Notes under the pieces: generated by a model
Told to the model about the DNA's origin: nothing
The model's input: the letters and a program-made list of their open reading frames with translations, nothing else
Databases searched by the model: none
In this document: piece after piece, positions 47,806-58,026 of the stretch
How positions within the stretch are numbered: position 1 is the first letter of the stretch
Layout of the letters: every line of letters starts with the position of its first letter
DNA from: an uncultured Campylobacter sp.
Lineage (GTDB): Bacteria; Campylobacterota; Campylobacteria; Campylobacterales; Campylobacteraceae
Direction of reading: 5' to 3'
DNA length: 64,000 nt
Assembly (NCBI GenBank): GCA_963516105.1
Contig: CAUPZP010000003.1
Location: forward strand, 58,046 to 122,045
Made by a program: the position numbers and the translations under genes

Positions 47806-49389
47806 TCAGAAATATTCTAAAAATCCGCCGTCGCTTAGTTTTAGCTCGAGATCTTTTATATACTCTTCGGCTGCTTTTTGGTATTCGTTTTTGCTGACGG
47901 TTTTTATTGCTTCACCGTTTTTGCCGGCAAACTCCAGATTCCTTTCGCGTGCAAATTTTACCGTTTGTTTTATGATATTTTCGAGCGAGTTTTCACCGTT
48001 AAATTTAAGCGCGATAAAGGCGTCAAACTGCGAAAAATTTGCCGGCACGTTTAGTTCGTCGGCGATTTTTATCACTGGTTCGCCTGTAGTGCTGAAATAC
48101 TCGAAGTATCCACGTACTCGCTCTTTTAAGCGGCTTTTGCCTGCTTCGTAAACAACCTTTGGACGATCGTAGGTCGTTAGCTTGGCGCAGTCTGCGGCTA
48201 AAATCTCCATAAAACCAAAATACGCTGATTTTACGGCGTTTTCGTCGTCTTTTAAAAGCGCTGCGACGTCGGCGAAATTTACGCTTGCCGGATATACGTC
48301 GGTAAAGACTTGATAAAGCCAGTCATAATCCGGCTTCATTAGAGCATTTTTTGCATCCACGTAACCATCTTTCGTTTTATTGAAACCTGTAGATATGTGT
48401 AGTTTGCAAAGCTCATCTACGCCGATATTTACGCTAAAATCACTTGGGAAGATTTCTTTGTGTACTATCATGCTGCTTCTAAAAACTCTATTGGTTAAAA
48501 AGTCAAGTATCTGTTCTCTTTCGATACGCGAGTTAAAATTTGCATTTATATATGAGTCGAATTCTTCTAGGCCTAAATTTGACTGAAAAACGTCCTCGAG
48601 CCCCACTTCGGCTAGATAAGCAAGGTTGTTTTTTGTCAAGTGATCTATAAAATGTCTAAAATAAATCGGGTTATTAAAAGCTTCTAAGTATTCGTGCGCA
48701 ATGTATGAGTCTGCGGTAGTTAGAATGTGATCGATATGAAATTTTAAGCTATCGAAATTTACCCAAACTTGACTTACGTTACCGTCTTTTTGGCAAAATT
48801 TGGCGTATTCTCCCAGCACCTTTAAAAGCTCCCTTGCTTTTGCTACCTTTGCCGTTTCGCTCTCTATGTCGCGCGTACCGAAAATCAAAAAATCTCTGAT
48901 CGTGTCTTTTATTTTCCAGCCGGGATACGTATTGTAGCTTACGTAGGCGACGCCGTTAGGACTCAAAAATCGCTTGATGGTTTTTAGGATTGCGTCCTTT
49001 ACCATATCGGGCACCCAACTATAAACGCCGTGGCAGATGATATAGTCGAATTTACCGTAATCGCTCACGTCCGCATCCGTAAAATCGCAGATATCTTTTG
49101 CTTTAAATTCGATATTATCCACGCGCATTTGCGCGGCTAGCTCTTTGGCTTTATTTATCTGCACTTCGCTTAGGTCTATGCCTAGCACCTTTGCCTGCGG
49201 ATTTGCAATGGCAAAAGGAAACAAATTTCCGCCGTAGCTGCAGCCGATTTCCAGTACTTTAGCCGTTTTGGACGGCGGCGGAGTTAGCGATAAAAACGAA
49301 GCCAAAGCCTCAAGCCGCGCAGGCGAAGTGCCAGGGAAGGCAGCCGAGATATATGGAAGCTCGTCGTAGGATTTTTGGATGTCGTTCAT
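47806..49389 (-). CDS. class I SAM methyltransferase with methyltransferase regulatory domain
   Basis: VLEIGCSYGGN, FDYIICHGVYSWV, SYNTYPGW and YIAHEYL. Confidence 0.85.
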   Translation of the reverse strand: MNDIQKSYDELPYISAAFPGTSPARLEALASFLSLTPPPSKTAKVLEIGCSYGGNLFPFAIANPQAKVLGIDLSEVQINKAKELAAQMRVDNIEFKAKDICDFTDADVSDYGKFDYIICHGVYSWVPDMVKDAILKTIKRFLSPNGVAYVSYNTYPGWKIKDTIRDFLIFGTRDIESETAKVAKARELLKVLGEYAKFCQKDGNVSQVWVNFDSLKFHIDHILTTADSYIAHEYLEAFNNPIYFRHFIDHLTKNNLAYLAEVGLEDVFQSNLGLEEFDSYINANFNSRIEREQILDFLTNRVFRSSMIVHKEIFPSDFSVNIGVDELCKLHISTGFNKTKDGYVDAKNALMKPDYDWLYQVFTDVYPASVNFADVAALLKDDENAVKSAYFGFMEILAADCAKLTTYDRPKVVYEAGKSRLKERVRGYFEYFSTTGEPVIKIADELNVPANFSQFDAFIALKFNGENSLENIIKQTVKFARERNLEFAGKNGEAIKTVSKNEYQKAAEEYIKDLELKLSDGGFLEYF

Positions 49390-49449
49390 TTTGTAGCCTT
49401 AAGTCAAAATATTTTTACGATGATACAGCAACGGCTATTAAATGTGGGT

Positions 49450-49479
49450 AAATTTAGGCGGTTAAGGCCGCCTAAATTT
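49450..49479. terminator. 12-bp hairpin after the DASS transporter
   Basis: AAATTTAGGCGG/CCGCCTAAATTT. Confidence 0.55.
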
Positions 49480-49481
49480 GA

Positions 49482-51140
49482 TTAAAATTTAAGTCCGAAA
49501 ACAGCCGAAGCAATAAAGACGACAGTTGCCGTGATAAGAAAAATTCCGATGATATTTAGCCAGATTCCGGCTTTTATCATCGAGCTGATTTTTACGTAGC
49601 CAGAGCCGTATGCGATGGCGTTTGGCGGCGTGGCGACGGGCAGCATAAATGCAAACGTAGCTGCCATAGCGACCGGGATCGTAAACAGCATAACGTTTGC
49701 GCCGGAGTATCCAAGCCCCGCGCTAACGCCTGCGATGACGGGCAAAAAGGCCGCTGCGGTAGCGGTGTTTGACGTGATCTCGGTTAGGAAAATGACGAGC
49801 GTTACGACGGCTATGATGATCGCCGCGATAGGCAGTGCGCCGAGCGCAGAGACCTGATGACCGATCCAAAGCGACAGTCCGCTGCTGCTAAACTGCGCCG
49901 ATAGCGACAGTCCGCCGCCAAAGAGTATGAGGATATCCCACGGCAGCTTTTTGGCGCTATCCCAGTCGATGAGACGCTCGCCGCTTTTGTTTGCCGGCAC
50001 GATAAATAGCAAAATCGCCGTACTCATCGCGATTATCGCATCAAGGCTAGCGATTTTTACGTCAAAGGACTTTAGGATAAAACCTAGTGATATCCAGCAC
50101 GCAGCCGCTGCAACGAAGATGACTCCGACAAGCTTTTCGGGCGTGGTTATGGGTCCTAGTTTATCTAGCTCGTCTTGGATCACTTTTTTGCCGTTTGGTA
50201 TCTCGCCGATTTCTGGCCTAAAGAGTACGTAGGTGAGCAAAAACCAGCACGCCGTAAGCATAACGACGCTAAGCGGCACGCCCACTAGCATCCACTCAAA
50301 AAAGCCGATCTCGATGTTAAATTCGTTTTTCATGTATGCGACCAGAAGGGCATTTGGCGGAGTGCCGATGATGGTGCCAACCGAGCCGATCGAGGCGGCG
50401 TAGGCGATGCCTAGCATCAGCGAGATACCGAAATTTGAACTAAAGGTGCTCGTTTTTTCTTTTATCTCCTTTGCGATGTCGCGGCCTTTGTGAAATACCG
50501 TATTCATAAAGCCGCCTTGCACGCCTTTGCGTGAAATTTCGTCCAAATTTGCCACATCCTCAATTGCCGTAAACGTCCATTTCTGTGTCGTTAGGCGTCC
50601 GACCAAATGCAGTACGCTAAGACCCACGGGCAGCATCATTATGGCGGTTGCGGTGTTGCTCACCCACATGGATAAAAATCCCGTCGCCACCATAAATCCA
50701 GCCACCAGCCGCCTAGGGCTCGTGCCGACTAAAAGCACGATGCCAATGGCGATTCTAGTGTGTAGATTCCACCTTTGCATCGCAAGAGCCAGCACGAAAC
50801 CGCCCATAAAAAGATAGATCGTGTCCGAAGCATACGGCGCCGCGACAACCTTAAACGCATCGACGCCTAGCACCGGAAACGCCACCATCGGCACCAGTGC
50901 GGTTGCGGGCAGGGCGATGGCCTCGGTCATCCACCATGCCGCCATCAGTGCAGCTACCGCGGCGACGACTGGCATAGCTTCTACATGTAGCTTTTTGCCC
51001 TTGGCCGCCGCTAGAGCGATGTCTCCGGCGTTTGCGGGGAAGATTTTATAAACCCAAATCGCTAGCAAAACGCCTAGCACCAGCCCGATGAGCTCGACTC
51101 GGTTTGTTCTTCTGTCGATAGGAATGTTTGGATTTGCCAT
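49482..51140 (-). CDS. SLC13/DASS sodium:dicarboxylate (or sulfate) symporter
   Basis: Two SNT motifs, GTPPN and PVATPPNAI. Confidence 0.92.
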   Translation of the reverse strand: MANPNIPIDRRTNRVELIGLVLGVLLAIWVYKIFPANAGDIALAAAKGKKLHVEAMPVVAAVAALMAAWWMTEAIALPATALVPMVAFPVLGVDAFKVVAAPYASDTIYLFMGGFVLALAMQRWNLHTRIAIGIVLLVGTSPRRLVAGFMVATGFLSMWVSNTATAIMMLPVGLSVLHLVGRLTTQKWTFTAIEDVANLDEISRKGVQGGFMNTVFHKGRDIAKEIKEKTSTFSSNFGISLMLGIAYAASIGSVGTIIGTPPNALLVAYMKNEFNIEIGFFEWMLVGVPLSVVMLTACWFLLTYVLFRPEIGEIPNGKKVIQDELDKLGPITTPEKLVGVIFVAAAACWISLGFILKSFDVKIASLDAIIAMSTAILLFIVPANKSGERLIDWDSAKKLPWDILILFGGGLSLSAQFSSSGLSLWIGHQVSALGALPIAAIIIAVVTLVIFLTEITSNTATAAAFLPVIAGVSAGLGYSGANVMLFTIPVAMAATFAFMLPVATPPNAIAYGSGYVKISSMIKAGIWLNIIGIFLITATVVFIASAVFGLKF

Positions 51141-51315
51141 GATAACTCCTATGCTTGGGATAATTTATAATACATCCAAAAAGCTTATAGCTTAAAAAAT
51201 TCTTTTGCTTTAAAATTGATTTTTTACTAAAGTGTTGATAAAAGTAACAGCGATTTTAGTTAAAGCGATTTTAGGTATAATTACGGGTTAAAAATTTAAA
51301 ATCACGGAAGCGAAA

Positions 51316-54171
51316 ATGAACGCAAACGACACCATAAAAATCACGGGCGCGCGCGAGCACAACCTGAAAAATTTAAATTTAGAAATCCCGAAAAACAAGC
51401 TCGTAGTTTTCACCGGACTTAGCGGCAGCGGCAAGAGCACTCTAGCGTTTGATACGCTTTATGCCGAGGGGCAGCGCAGATATATGGAGAGCCTTAGCAG
51501 CTACGCCAGGCAGTTTCTAGACCGCGTGGGTAAGCCAGACGTCGATAAGATCGAGGGCCTCACGCCCGCCATCGCGATAGATCAAAAAACCACATCCAAA
51601 AACCCGCGCTCAACCGTTGGCACGATAACGGAAATTTACGACTACCTGCGCCTTCTTTACGCAAGGGTCGGCATCCAGCACTGCCACAAGTGCGGCAAAC
51701 CGATCTCTAAAATGTCGGCTAGCGACATCATAAACGAGATCCAAAAGCTGCCTCAAGGCGCTAAAGTCGTCATATACGCTCCGCTTGTGCGCGAAAAAAA
51801 GGGCACGTGGGCGGATTTGATCGAAAATTTACGCGGCAAAGGCTACGTGCGAGCTCAGATAGACGGCGTGCAGGTGAGACTAGACGAGGAGATCGAGCTA
51901 GCCAAAACCAAAAAACACACGATAAAGCTCATCGTAGACCGAATCGTGATAGACGCCGATAACGCGCAGCGCCTAGCCCAAGACGTGGAAAAAGCACTCG
52001 GCGAGAGCTACGGCGAGGTCGAGATCGAGATCGCAAACGCGCAGGAACTCGGGTTAAAAGAGAGCTTCATCCACTACAGCGAGCACTCGGCATGCTTTGA
52101 TTGTAAAATTTCATTTACGCCGCTCGAGCCGCTTAGCTTTAGCTTTAACTCCCCAAAAGGCGCGTGCGAGAGGTGCGACGGGCTAGGCATCAGGTATAGC
52201 CTGGATCTCACCAAAGTGATCGACGAGGAAAAAAGCATCGAAGGCGGCGCGATAAAGCTGCTTTACGGCTACAACATGAGCTATTATTATAAATTTTTGC
52301 TAGCTTTTTGCGAGCAAAACGGCATCGACGTAAAGCGCCCCTACTGCGAGCTTAGCGAGGACGAGAAGCGCCTCGTGCTCTACGGCAACGTAAAAGAGGT
52401 CGAGTTTTTCTGGAAGCGAAACAAGCTACTGCGTAAATTTGAAGGCGCGTTAAAGATTACGCACGGACTGCTAAAGGACTACAAGGACTTCGACGAATAC
52501 ATGAGCGAAAAAGTCTGCGACGACTGCGGCGGACACAGGCTAAAGCCCCAAAGCCTAGCCGTCAAGGTCGCAGGGCGCGGGATCGGCGAAATTTTAGACA
52601 TGAGTATCGAAAACTGCACCGCGTTTTTCTCCGACGAGTCAAATTTCAGCTACCTTAGCGAATACGATAAAACGATCGCAAAGCCGATATTTAAGGAGAT
52701 AAACGAGAGGCTGTTTTTCCTCTACGACGTGGGGCTGGGCTACCTCTCGCTAGGACGCGACGCGCGCACGATCAGCGGCGGCGAAGCGCAGCGCATCAGG
52801 ATCGCTAGTCAGATCGGATCGGGCCTTAGCGGCGTGATGTACGTGCTAGATGAGCCTAGCATCGGTCTGCACGAGCGCGATACGCTAAAGCTCATCAAAA
52901 CGCTGCGAAATTTGCAAGCCAAAGGCAACTCCGTTATCGTTGTCGAACACGATAAAAAGACGATAGAGGAGGCCGACTATATCGTAGATATCGGGCCTGG
53001 AGCTGGGAAATTTGGCGGGCAGATAGTTTTTGCCGGCGACGTGAAAAGCTTGCTAGGCTCAAGCACGCAAACGGCGCTTTACATAAACGGCGAAAAGGAA
53101 ATCGACTACCGAAAAGACCGAAAAATCGACACTTGGCTTGAAATCTCAAACGTAAATATCAACAACATATCAAATTTAAGCGCTCGCTTTCCGCTGCGAA
53201 ATTTAGTCGGTATCACGGGAGTTTCTGGCTCTGGTAAAAGCTCGCTCGTGCTGCAAACCCTGCTGCCTGAAGCCCAGGAGCAGCTAAACCGCGCCAAAAA
53301 GGTAAAAAAGGTCGCGGGGGTAAATTTGAGCGGGCTTGAAAATCTAGATAAAGTGATCTACCTCGATCAAAGCCCGATCGGACGCACTCCGCGCAGTAAT
53401 CCAGCTACCTACACGGGCGTGATGGACGAGATCAGGGGGCTTTTTGCGCAGACTAAAGAGGCCAAACTGCGAGGCTACAAGATCGGCAGGTTTAGCTTTA
53501 ACGTCAAGGGCGGTCGCTGCGAAAAGTGCCAAGGCGAGGGCGAGATCACGATCGAGATGCACTTTTTGCCCGACGTAAACGTCGTTTGCGACTCGTGCGG
53601 CGGCACCCGCTACAACGCGCAGACGCTAGAAATCCTCTACAAAGGCAAAAGTATCGCGGATGTGCTAAACATGAGTATCGACGAGGCGGTGGAGTTTTTT
53701 AAATCCGTGCCCAAAATCGCCAGCAAGCTAACGACGCTGCAAGACGTTGGCCTAGGCTACATCACTCTAGGGCAAAACGCCGTGACGCTAAGCGGCGGCG
53801 AGGCACAGCGCGTAAAGCTGGCAAAGGAGCTCAGCCGTTCAGACACGGGAAATACGCTCTATATCCTCGACGAGCCGACTACGGGGCTGCATTTTGCCGA
53901 CGTCGATAGGCTCGTGCGCGTGCTGCACCACCTGGTCGATCTTGGCAACTCGGTCTTTGTCATCGAGCACAACATGGACGTTATCAAAAACTGCGACTAC
54001 ATCGTAGATATGGGGCCTGAAGGCGGCGCAAAGGGCGGTAAAATCATCGCCGAGGGCAGCGTAAAAGAGGTCGCCAAAAATCACGCAAAAACGGGCAGCT
54101 ATACGGGTAAATTTTTGGCTGAGGAGCTGGAAAATATGAAAAACGCGGCAAAAAAGGCGAAGAAAAAATAA
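51316..54171 (+). CDS. uvrA: excinuclease ABC subunit A
   Basis: Two ABC cassettes ([16 protein letters not shown]), SGGEAQR twice, and zinc fingers. Confidence 0.99.
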   Translation: MNANDTIKITGAREHNLKNLNLEIPKNKLVVFTGLSGSGKSTLAFDTLYAEGQRRYMESLSSYARQFLDRVGKPDVDKIEGLTPAIAIDQKTTSKNPRSTVGTITEIYDYLRLLYARVGIQHCHKCGKPISKMSASDIINEIQKLPQGAKVVIYAPLVREKKGTWADLIENLRGKGYVRAQIDGVQVRLDEEIELAKTKKHTIKLIVDRIVIDADNAQRLAQDVEKALGESYGEVEIEIANAQELGLKESFIHYSEHSACFDCKISFTPLEPLSFSFNSPKGACERCDGLGIRYSLDLTKVIDEEKSIEGGAIKLLYGYNMSYYYKFLLAFCEQNGIDVKRPYCELSEDEKRLVLYGNVKEVEFFWKRNKLLRKFEGALKITHGLLKDYKDFDEYMSEKVCDDCGGHRLKPQSLAVKVAGRGIGEILDMSIENCTAFFSDESNFSYLSEYDKTIAKPIFKEINERLFFLYDVGLGYLSLGRDARTISGGEAQRIRIASQIGSGLSGVMYVLDEPSIGLHERDTLKLIKTLRNLQAKGNSVIVVEHDKKTIEEADYIVDIGPGAGKFGGQIVFAGDVKSLLGSSTQTALYINGEKEIDYRKDRKIDTWLEISNVNINNISNLSARFPLRNLVGITGVSGSGKSSLVLQTLLPEAQEQLNRAKKVKKVAGVNLSGLENLDKVIYLDQSPIGRTPRSNPATYTGVMDEIRGLFAQTKEAKLRGYKIGRFSFNVKGGRCEKCQGEGEITIEMHFLPDVNVVCDSCGGTRYNAQTLEILYKGKSIADVLNMSIDEAVEFFKSVPKIASKLTTLQDVGLGYITLGQNAVTLSGGEAQRVKLAKELSRSDTGNTLYILDEPTTGLHFADVDRLVRVLHHLVDLGNSVFVIEHNMDVIKNCDYIVDMGPEGGAKGGKIIAEGSVKEVAKNHAKTGSYTGKFLAEELENMKNAAKKAKKK

Positions 54172-54286
54172 GCGAAGTTATGAGATTTGCGGCAGGCAAA
54201 TTTGCGATATAAATTTGACGGTTTGCGGGCTTAACCGCGCCAAATTTAGCCCGCAAAAACGGCTGTAAATTTAACGAAAGGCAAAA

Positions 54287-54727
54287 ATGAGGCTTTGGAC
54301 GATAAACTTTAAATATCTCGACGCAAAGGGGCTCGTAGCGCTTTGGCGAGAGGCGCTACTAGCTAAAAACGTGCTAGCTGGACTCACCAAGGGCTACAAA
54401 AATCACCCGCAGCTTGACCGCTTTTACGCGCACGAAAATGCGCTAGAGGCGATAAATGCGTATCTGGGGGAGGTTTATGCGCAGGCCTGCGCTCGCGGCT
54501 ATAAATTTGACGCGGCAAAAGTGGGCGAATTTGACGAGCGAAATTTAGCCAGGATAGCCGTCACTCGTGGGCAAATCGAGTATGAATTTGCCTTTTTGCA
54601 AGAGAAGCTAAAATCACGCGATATCAAGGCTTACGAGCGAAATTTAAGCGTAAAAAATATAGAAATCGCAAGCATTTTTAAAGAGGTCGAAGGTAAAATC
54701 GAGCCGTGGGAGAAGGTAAAAAATTAG
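54287..54727 (+). CDS. pyrimidine-dimer DNA glycosylase / endonuclease V (DenV-like)
   Basis: MRLW…YLDAKGLVALWREALLA…GYKNHPQLDRF…RGYKFD family signature. Confidence 0.85.
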   Translation: MRLWTINFKYLDAKGLVALWREALLAKNVLAGLTKGYKNHPQLDRFYAHENALEAINAYLGEVYAQACARGYKFDAAKVGEFDERNLARIAVTRGQIEYEFAFLQEKLKSRDIKAYERNLSVKNIEIASIFKEVEGKIEPWEKVKN

Positions 54728-55186
54728 CGCCGTTTCGTGCTAGGTTTTTTTGGCTGCCTAGGCAAATTTGATTAAAAACGCCAAAATAAATTACGCCGAT
54801 TTTGCCGAAAATTTGACGCAAGAATCTGGAAGTCAAATTTACGTCTGACGGCCATTTTATCAAATTTCGAGTGTTAAATTTGGCTTTTAAAACTGCTATG
54901 CTGATAGAGTGCTACTTCTTGTATGACGCTTGAATTTTTCCGCGACTTTGAGCGGTAAACATGCACGGTTTGAAAAGGCGCCGAAGCCAACCGACGTAAC
55001 TCTTATTTTTACTATGTCCGCTGTTAAATTTAGCGTTTTAAATTTGATGGCAAATTTAGGGCAAACAAGTCAAATTTAAAAAGGCGAACCCGGCGTTATC
55101 TCCGCCAAATTCTCCTTTGTTTTTTAGAAATCAAACTTCGCCGACTGGCCAAATTTACAATCAAATTTGACGAATCGGAGCTCGTT

Positions 55187-56815
55187 TTACTCCGCTTTCA
55201 TCTGCTCGGCGGCAGGCACTTTAGGCAGTCCCGGCATCAGCATCGTCGATCCGCTGACCGCCACGATAAAGCCAGCTCCGCCGCGGATCTCAAGCGCGCT
55301 AACCTCGAAGCTAAAGCCCTTCGGTCGTCCTAGTAGCTTGGCGTCCGAGCTAAAGCTATACTGTGTTTTTGCGACGCAAACAGGCAAACTCTCAAAGCCT
55401 AGACGCGAAATCTCGGCCAGATCCTCCTGCGCGCGCGGGCTAAATACGACATCTTTGGCGCCGTAAATTTTAGTCGCGATCTTTTCGATCTTGGTTTTGA
55501 CGGGGTCGGCGGGCTCATATGTGAAGTTTATCTCATGCGCCTGTTTTTCGCAGATTTGCGCGACTTTTTTAGCTAGATCCTCTGTGCCCACGCTTCCTTT
55601 TAAAAAGCCTTCGCACAGGCTAAACTCAGCCCCCGACTCCTCGCAAAGAGCGCGGACGTGAGCGATCTCCTCGTCCGTATCAGTCGCGAATTTATTTAGC
55701 GCGACGATGACGTTTTGATTGAAATTTTTGAGATTTTCTATGTGGGCTTTTAGGTTTTCGCTGCCTAGCTTTAGCGCGTCTAAATTTGGCTGCGAGATGC
55801 CGTCTTTATCGCATCCGCCGTTATATTTTAGCGAGCGGATAGTGCTTACTAGTACGACGCATTTTGGCGCAAGTCCTGCGGTGCGGCACTTGATATCGAG
55901 GAACTTTTGCGCTCCTAGCTCAGCGCCAAATCCCGCCTCGGTCACGACGTAGTCGGCTAAATTTAGCGCCGTTTTGGTTGCGATCACGCTGTTGCAGCCG
56001 TGCGCGATGTTTGCAAACGGTCCCCCGTGGATGAGCACTGGCGTGCCTTCTAGCGTTTGCACGAGGTTTGGTTTTATCGCCTCTTTTAGCAGTACGCATA
56101 CGGCGTCGGCGCAGTTTAGGGATTTTGCGCGCACAAGGCCGCCCTCTTTATCGTAGGCTACGACGATGTTTTCGACGCGCTCTTTTAGATTTTTTAGATC
56201 GGTTGCGAGGCATAGGATCGCCATTATTTCGCTAGCGGCGGTGATGACGAATCCGTCCTTGCGGGTAAATTTATTGCTCTTTTCAAGGCCGATTTCTATC
56301 TCTCTTAGCGAGCGGTCGTTCATATCCATGCAGCGTTTGAAAACGACGCGCGCAGGGTCGATATTTAGGGCGTTGCCGTGGTGGATGTGATTATCTAGCA
56401 TCGCCGCGATGAGGTTGTTTGCCGAGGTGATAGCGTGAAAGTCGCCGTTAAAGTGCAGGTTGATATCCTCGCTAGGCGTCACCTGCGAGTAGCCTCCGCC
56501 AGTCGCTCCGCCCTTTATACCAAAAACCGGCCCAAGGCTCGGCTCTCGAAGCACGGCGCACACGCGTTTGCCGATACGCGCTAAGCCGTCAGATAGCCCG
56601 ACAGTCACGGTCGTTTTGCCCTCGCCGTAGGGCGTCGGGTTGGTCGCGGTAACTAGGATGAGGTTTGCGCCCGGTGCGCTGCCTAGTCGTGGTTCGATCT
56701 TGGCTTTTAGCTTGCCAAAGGTATCTAGCGCCTCCTCGCCTAGCCCCAGTTTTGCACCGATTTTTACGATATTTTGTGGCTTTGCGCTCGCTTCTATTTC
56801 TCTGTCGCTTAGCAT
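55187..56815 (-). CDS. fhs: formate--tetrahydrofolate ligase
   Basis: TPYGEGKTT, GIKGGATGGGY, HGGPFANIAHG and AKTQYS. Confidence 0.98.
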   Translation of the reverse strand: MLSDREIEASAKPQNIVKIGAKLGLGEEALDTFGKLKAKIEPRLGSAPGANLILVTATNPTPYGEGKTTVTVGLSDGLARIGKRVCAVLREPSLGPVFGIKGGATGGGYSQVTPSEDINLHFNGDFHAITSANNLIAAMLDNHIHHGNALNIDPARVVFKRCMDMNDRSLREIEIGLEKSNKFTRKDGFVITAASEIMAILCLATDLKNLKERVENIVVAYDKEGGLVRAKSLNCADAVCVLLKEAIKPNLVQTLEGTPVLIHGGPFANIAHGCNSVIATKTALNLADYVVTEAGFGAELGAQKFLDIKCRTAGLAPKCVVLVSTIRSLKYNGGCDKDGISQPNLDALKLGSENLKAHIENLKNFNQNVIVALNKFATDTDEEIAHVRALCEESGAEFSLCEGFLKGSVGTEDLAKKVAQICEKQAHEINFTYEPADPVKTKIEKIATKIYGAKDVVFSPRAQEDLAEISRLGFESLPVCVAKTQYSFSSDAKLLGRPKGFSFEVSALEIRGGAGFIVAVSGSTMLMPGLPKVPAAEQMKAE

Positions 56816-56949
56816 CGTTTTTCCTTAAAAATTTGATTTAAAGTGATTTTGTAATTTTACCTCGCTAATGCGAAAAGTCTCATTAAATTTTAGCCGCTCG
56901 TAATCAAATTTGGGCTAAATTTGAAACTAAAATCGGCAAAGGGGCGACG

Positions 56950-57546
56950 ATGAAGGCTGTGAATGTTTTGCTTTACGAGGGATTTACGACGATGGACGCG
57001 CTAGGACCCGCCGAGGCGCTATCTAGGGCGCTGGATGGCGAGCAAAAGTGCTATGAGATAGAGTATTTCTCGGCTACTGGCGGACTAGTGGGCAGCAGTA
57101 CGAACGCTAAAATTTGGACGCGAAAGCTAAACGAGATCGCCAAATTTGACGTTTTGATAGTGCCGGGCGGTTTTGCGGTTAGAGAGCTTGCGCATGAGGC
57201 CGAATTTATCGCGGCTCTGGGCGAGCTAGCGCGCAGACACGAGTACGTGATCGCGGTATGCACGGGCTCGGTGCTGCTAGCTAAAACGGGACTTTTAGGC
57301 GGCATGGAGGCCACGAGCAATAAACTATCATGGCAGTGGGTTACTTCAGAGGCTCCTAGCGTGCGCTGGGTGCGTGCGGCCAGGTGGTGCGTTAGCGGGA
57401 AATTTTACACCGGCTCGGGCGTGAGCGCGGGTATCGACGAGGCTCTGGGTTTTATCGCCGATATGCACGGGCTGGACGAAGCGCAGAGGATCGCTCGGAC
57501 GATGGAGTATGTGTGGAATAGCGACAAAAACGAGGATCTGTTTTAA
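56950..57546 (+). CDS. DJ-1/PfpI-family protein
   Basis: VPGG, VCTGS and SGVSAGID. Confidence 0.88.
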   Translation: MKAVNVLLYEGFTTMDALGPAEALSRALDGEQKCYEIEYFSATGGLVGSSTNAKIWTRKLNEIAKFDVLIVPGGFAVRELAHEAEFIAALGELARRHEYVIAVCTGSVLLAKTGLLGGMEATSNKLSWQWVTSEAPSVRWVRAARWCVSGKFYTGSGVSAGIDEALGFIADMHGLDEAQRIARTMEYVWNSDKNEDLF

Positions 57547-57661
57547 ATTTTAGTTTGCGGCGCCCGCTAAAATTGAGCACTAAATTTAATCCGAGTCAAA
57601 TTTACCGCGCCGCGCGCCAAAATCGTAATTTTAAAACAAACTGCTCGTATCTTGCCCCGCG

Positions 57662-57997
57662 CTACCACAGTTTTAGGCAGACTTGCCCTATTATAACGGC
57701 GATAGGAGCTTTGTTTATGTCATAGGTGTTGCTCGAGTTTGAACCAAAATCGGGCTTAACGACATTACCTTGTATCACCCAAGTGTTGCTCGAGTTTGCG
57801 CCGTATTTGGGTTTTATTTTTCTCCCGTCAAACTCAAAGGTATTAGAGGAGTTGGCTCCTGTTTTGGGCTTTAGCACGCCGCCGTCAAATTCAAACGTAT
57901 TGTGCGTGGTTGCGCCGTATTTGGGCTTTAGCTCGTTGCCCTCGTATACCCAAGTGCCGTTGCCCGCAGACCTTCCGTCCCAGTTGATTTTCGGCAT
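57662..57997 (-). CDS. small hypothetical protein of four 19-aa repeats
   Basis: (W/F)xxxGxxxKPxxGxxxxNT x4; AGGAGG RBS. Confidence 0.75.
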   Translation of the reverse strand: MPKINWDGRSAGNGTWVYEGNELKPKYGATTHNTFEFDGGVLKPKTGANSSNTFEFDGRKIKPKYGANSSNTWVIQGNVVKPDFGSNSSNTYDINKAPIAVIIGQVCLKLW

Positions 57998-58026
57998 TTT
58001 ATCCTCCTAAAATGAGTTATAATCAA

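Noticed and set aside
54880..55025. Gene remnant or sRNA between the denV-like gene and fhs
   Set aside because: The sequence differs from the AAATTT filler, but the frames I translated were unrecognisable and I found no convincing stems.
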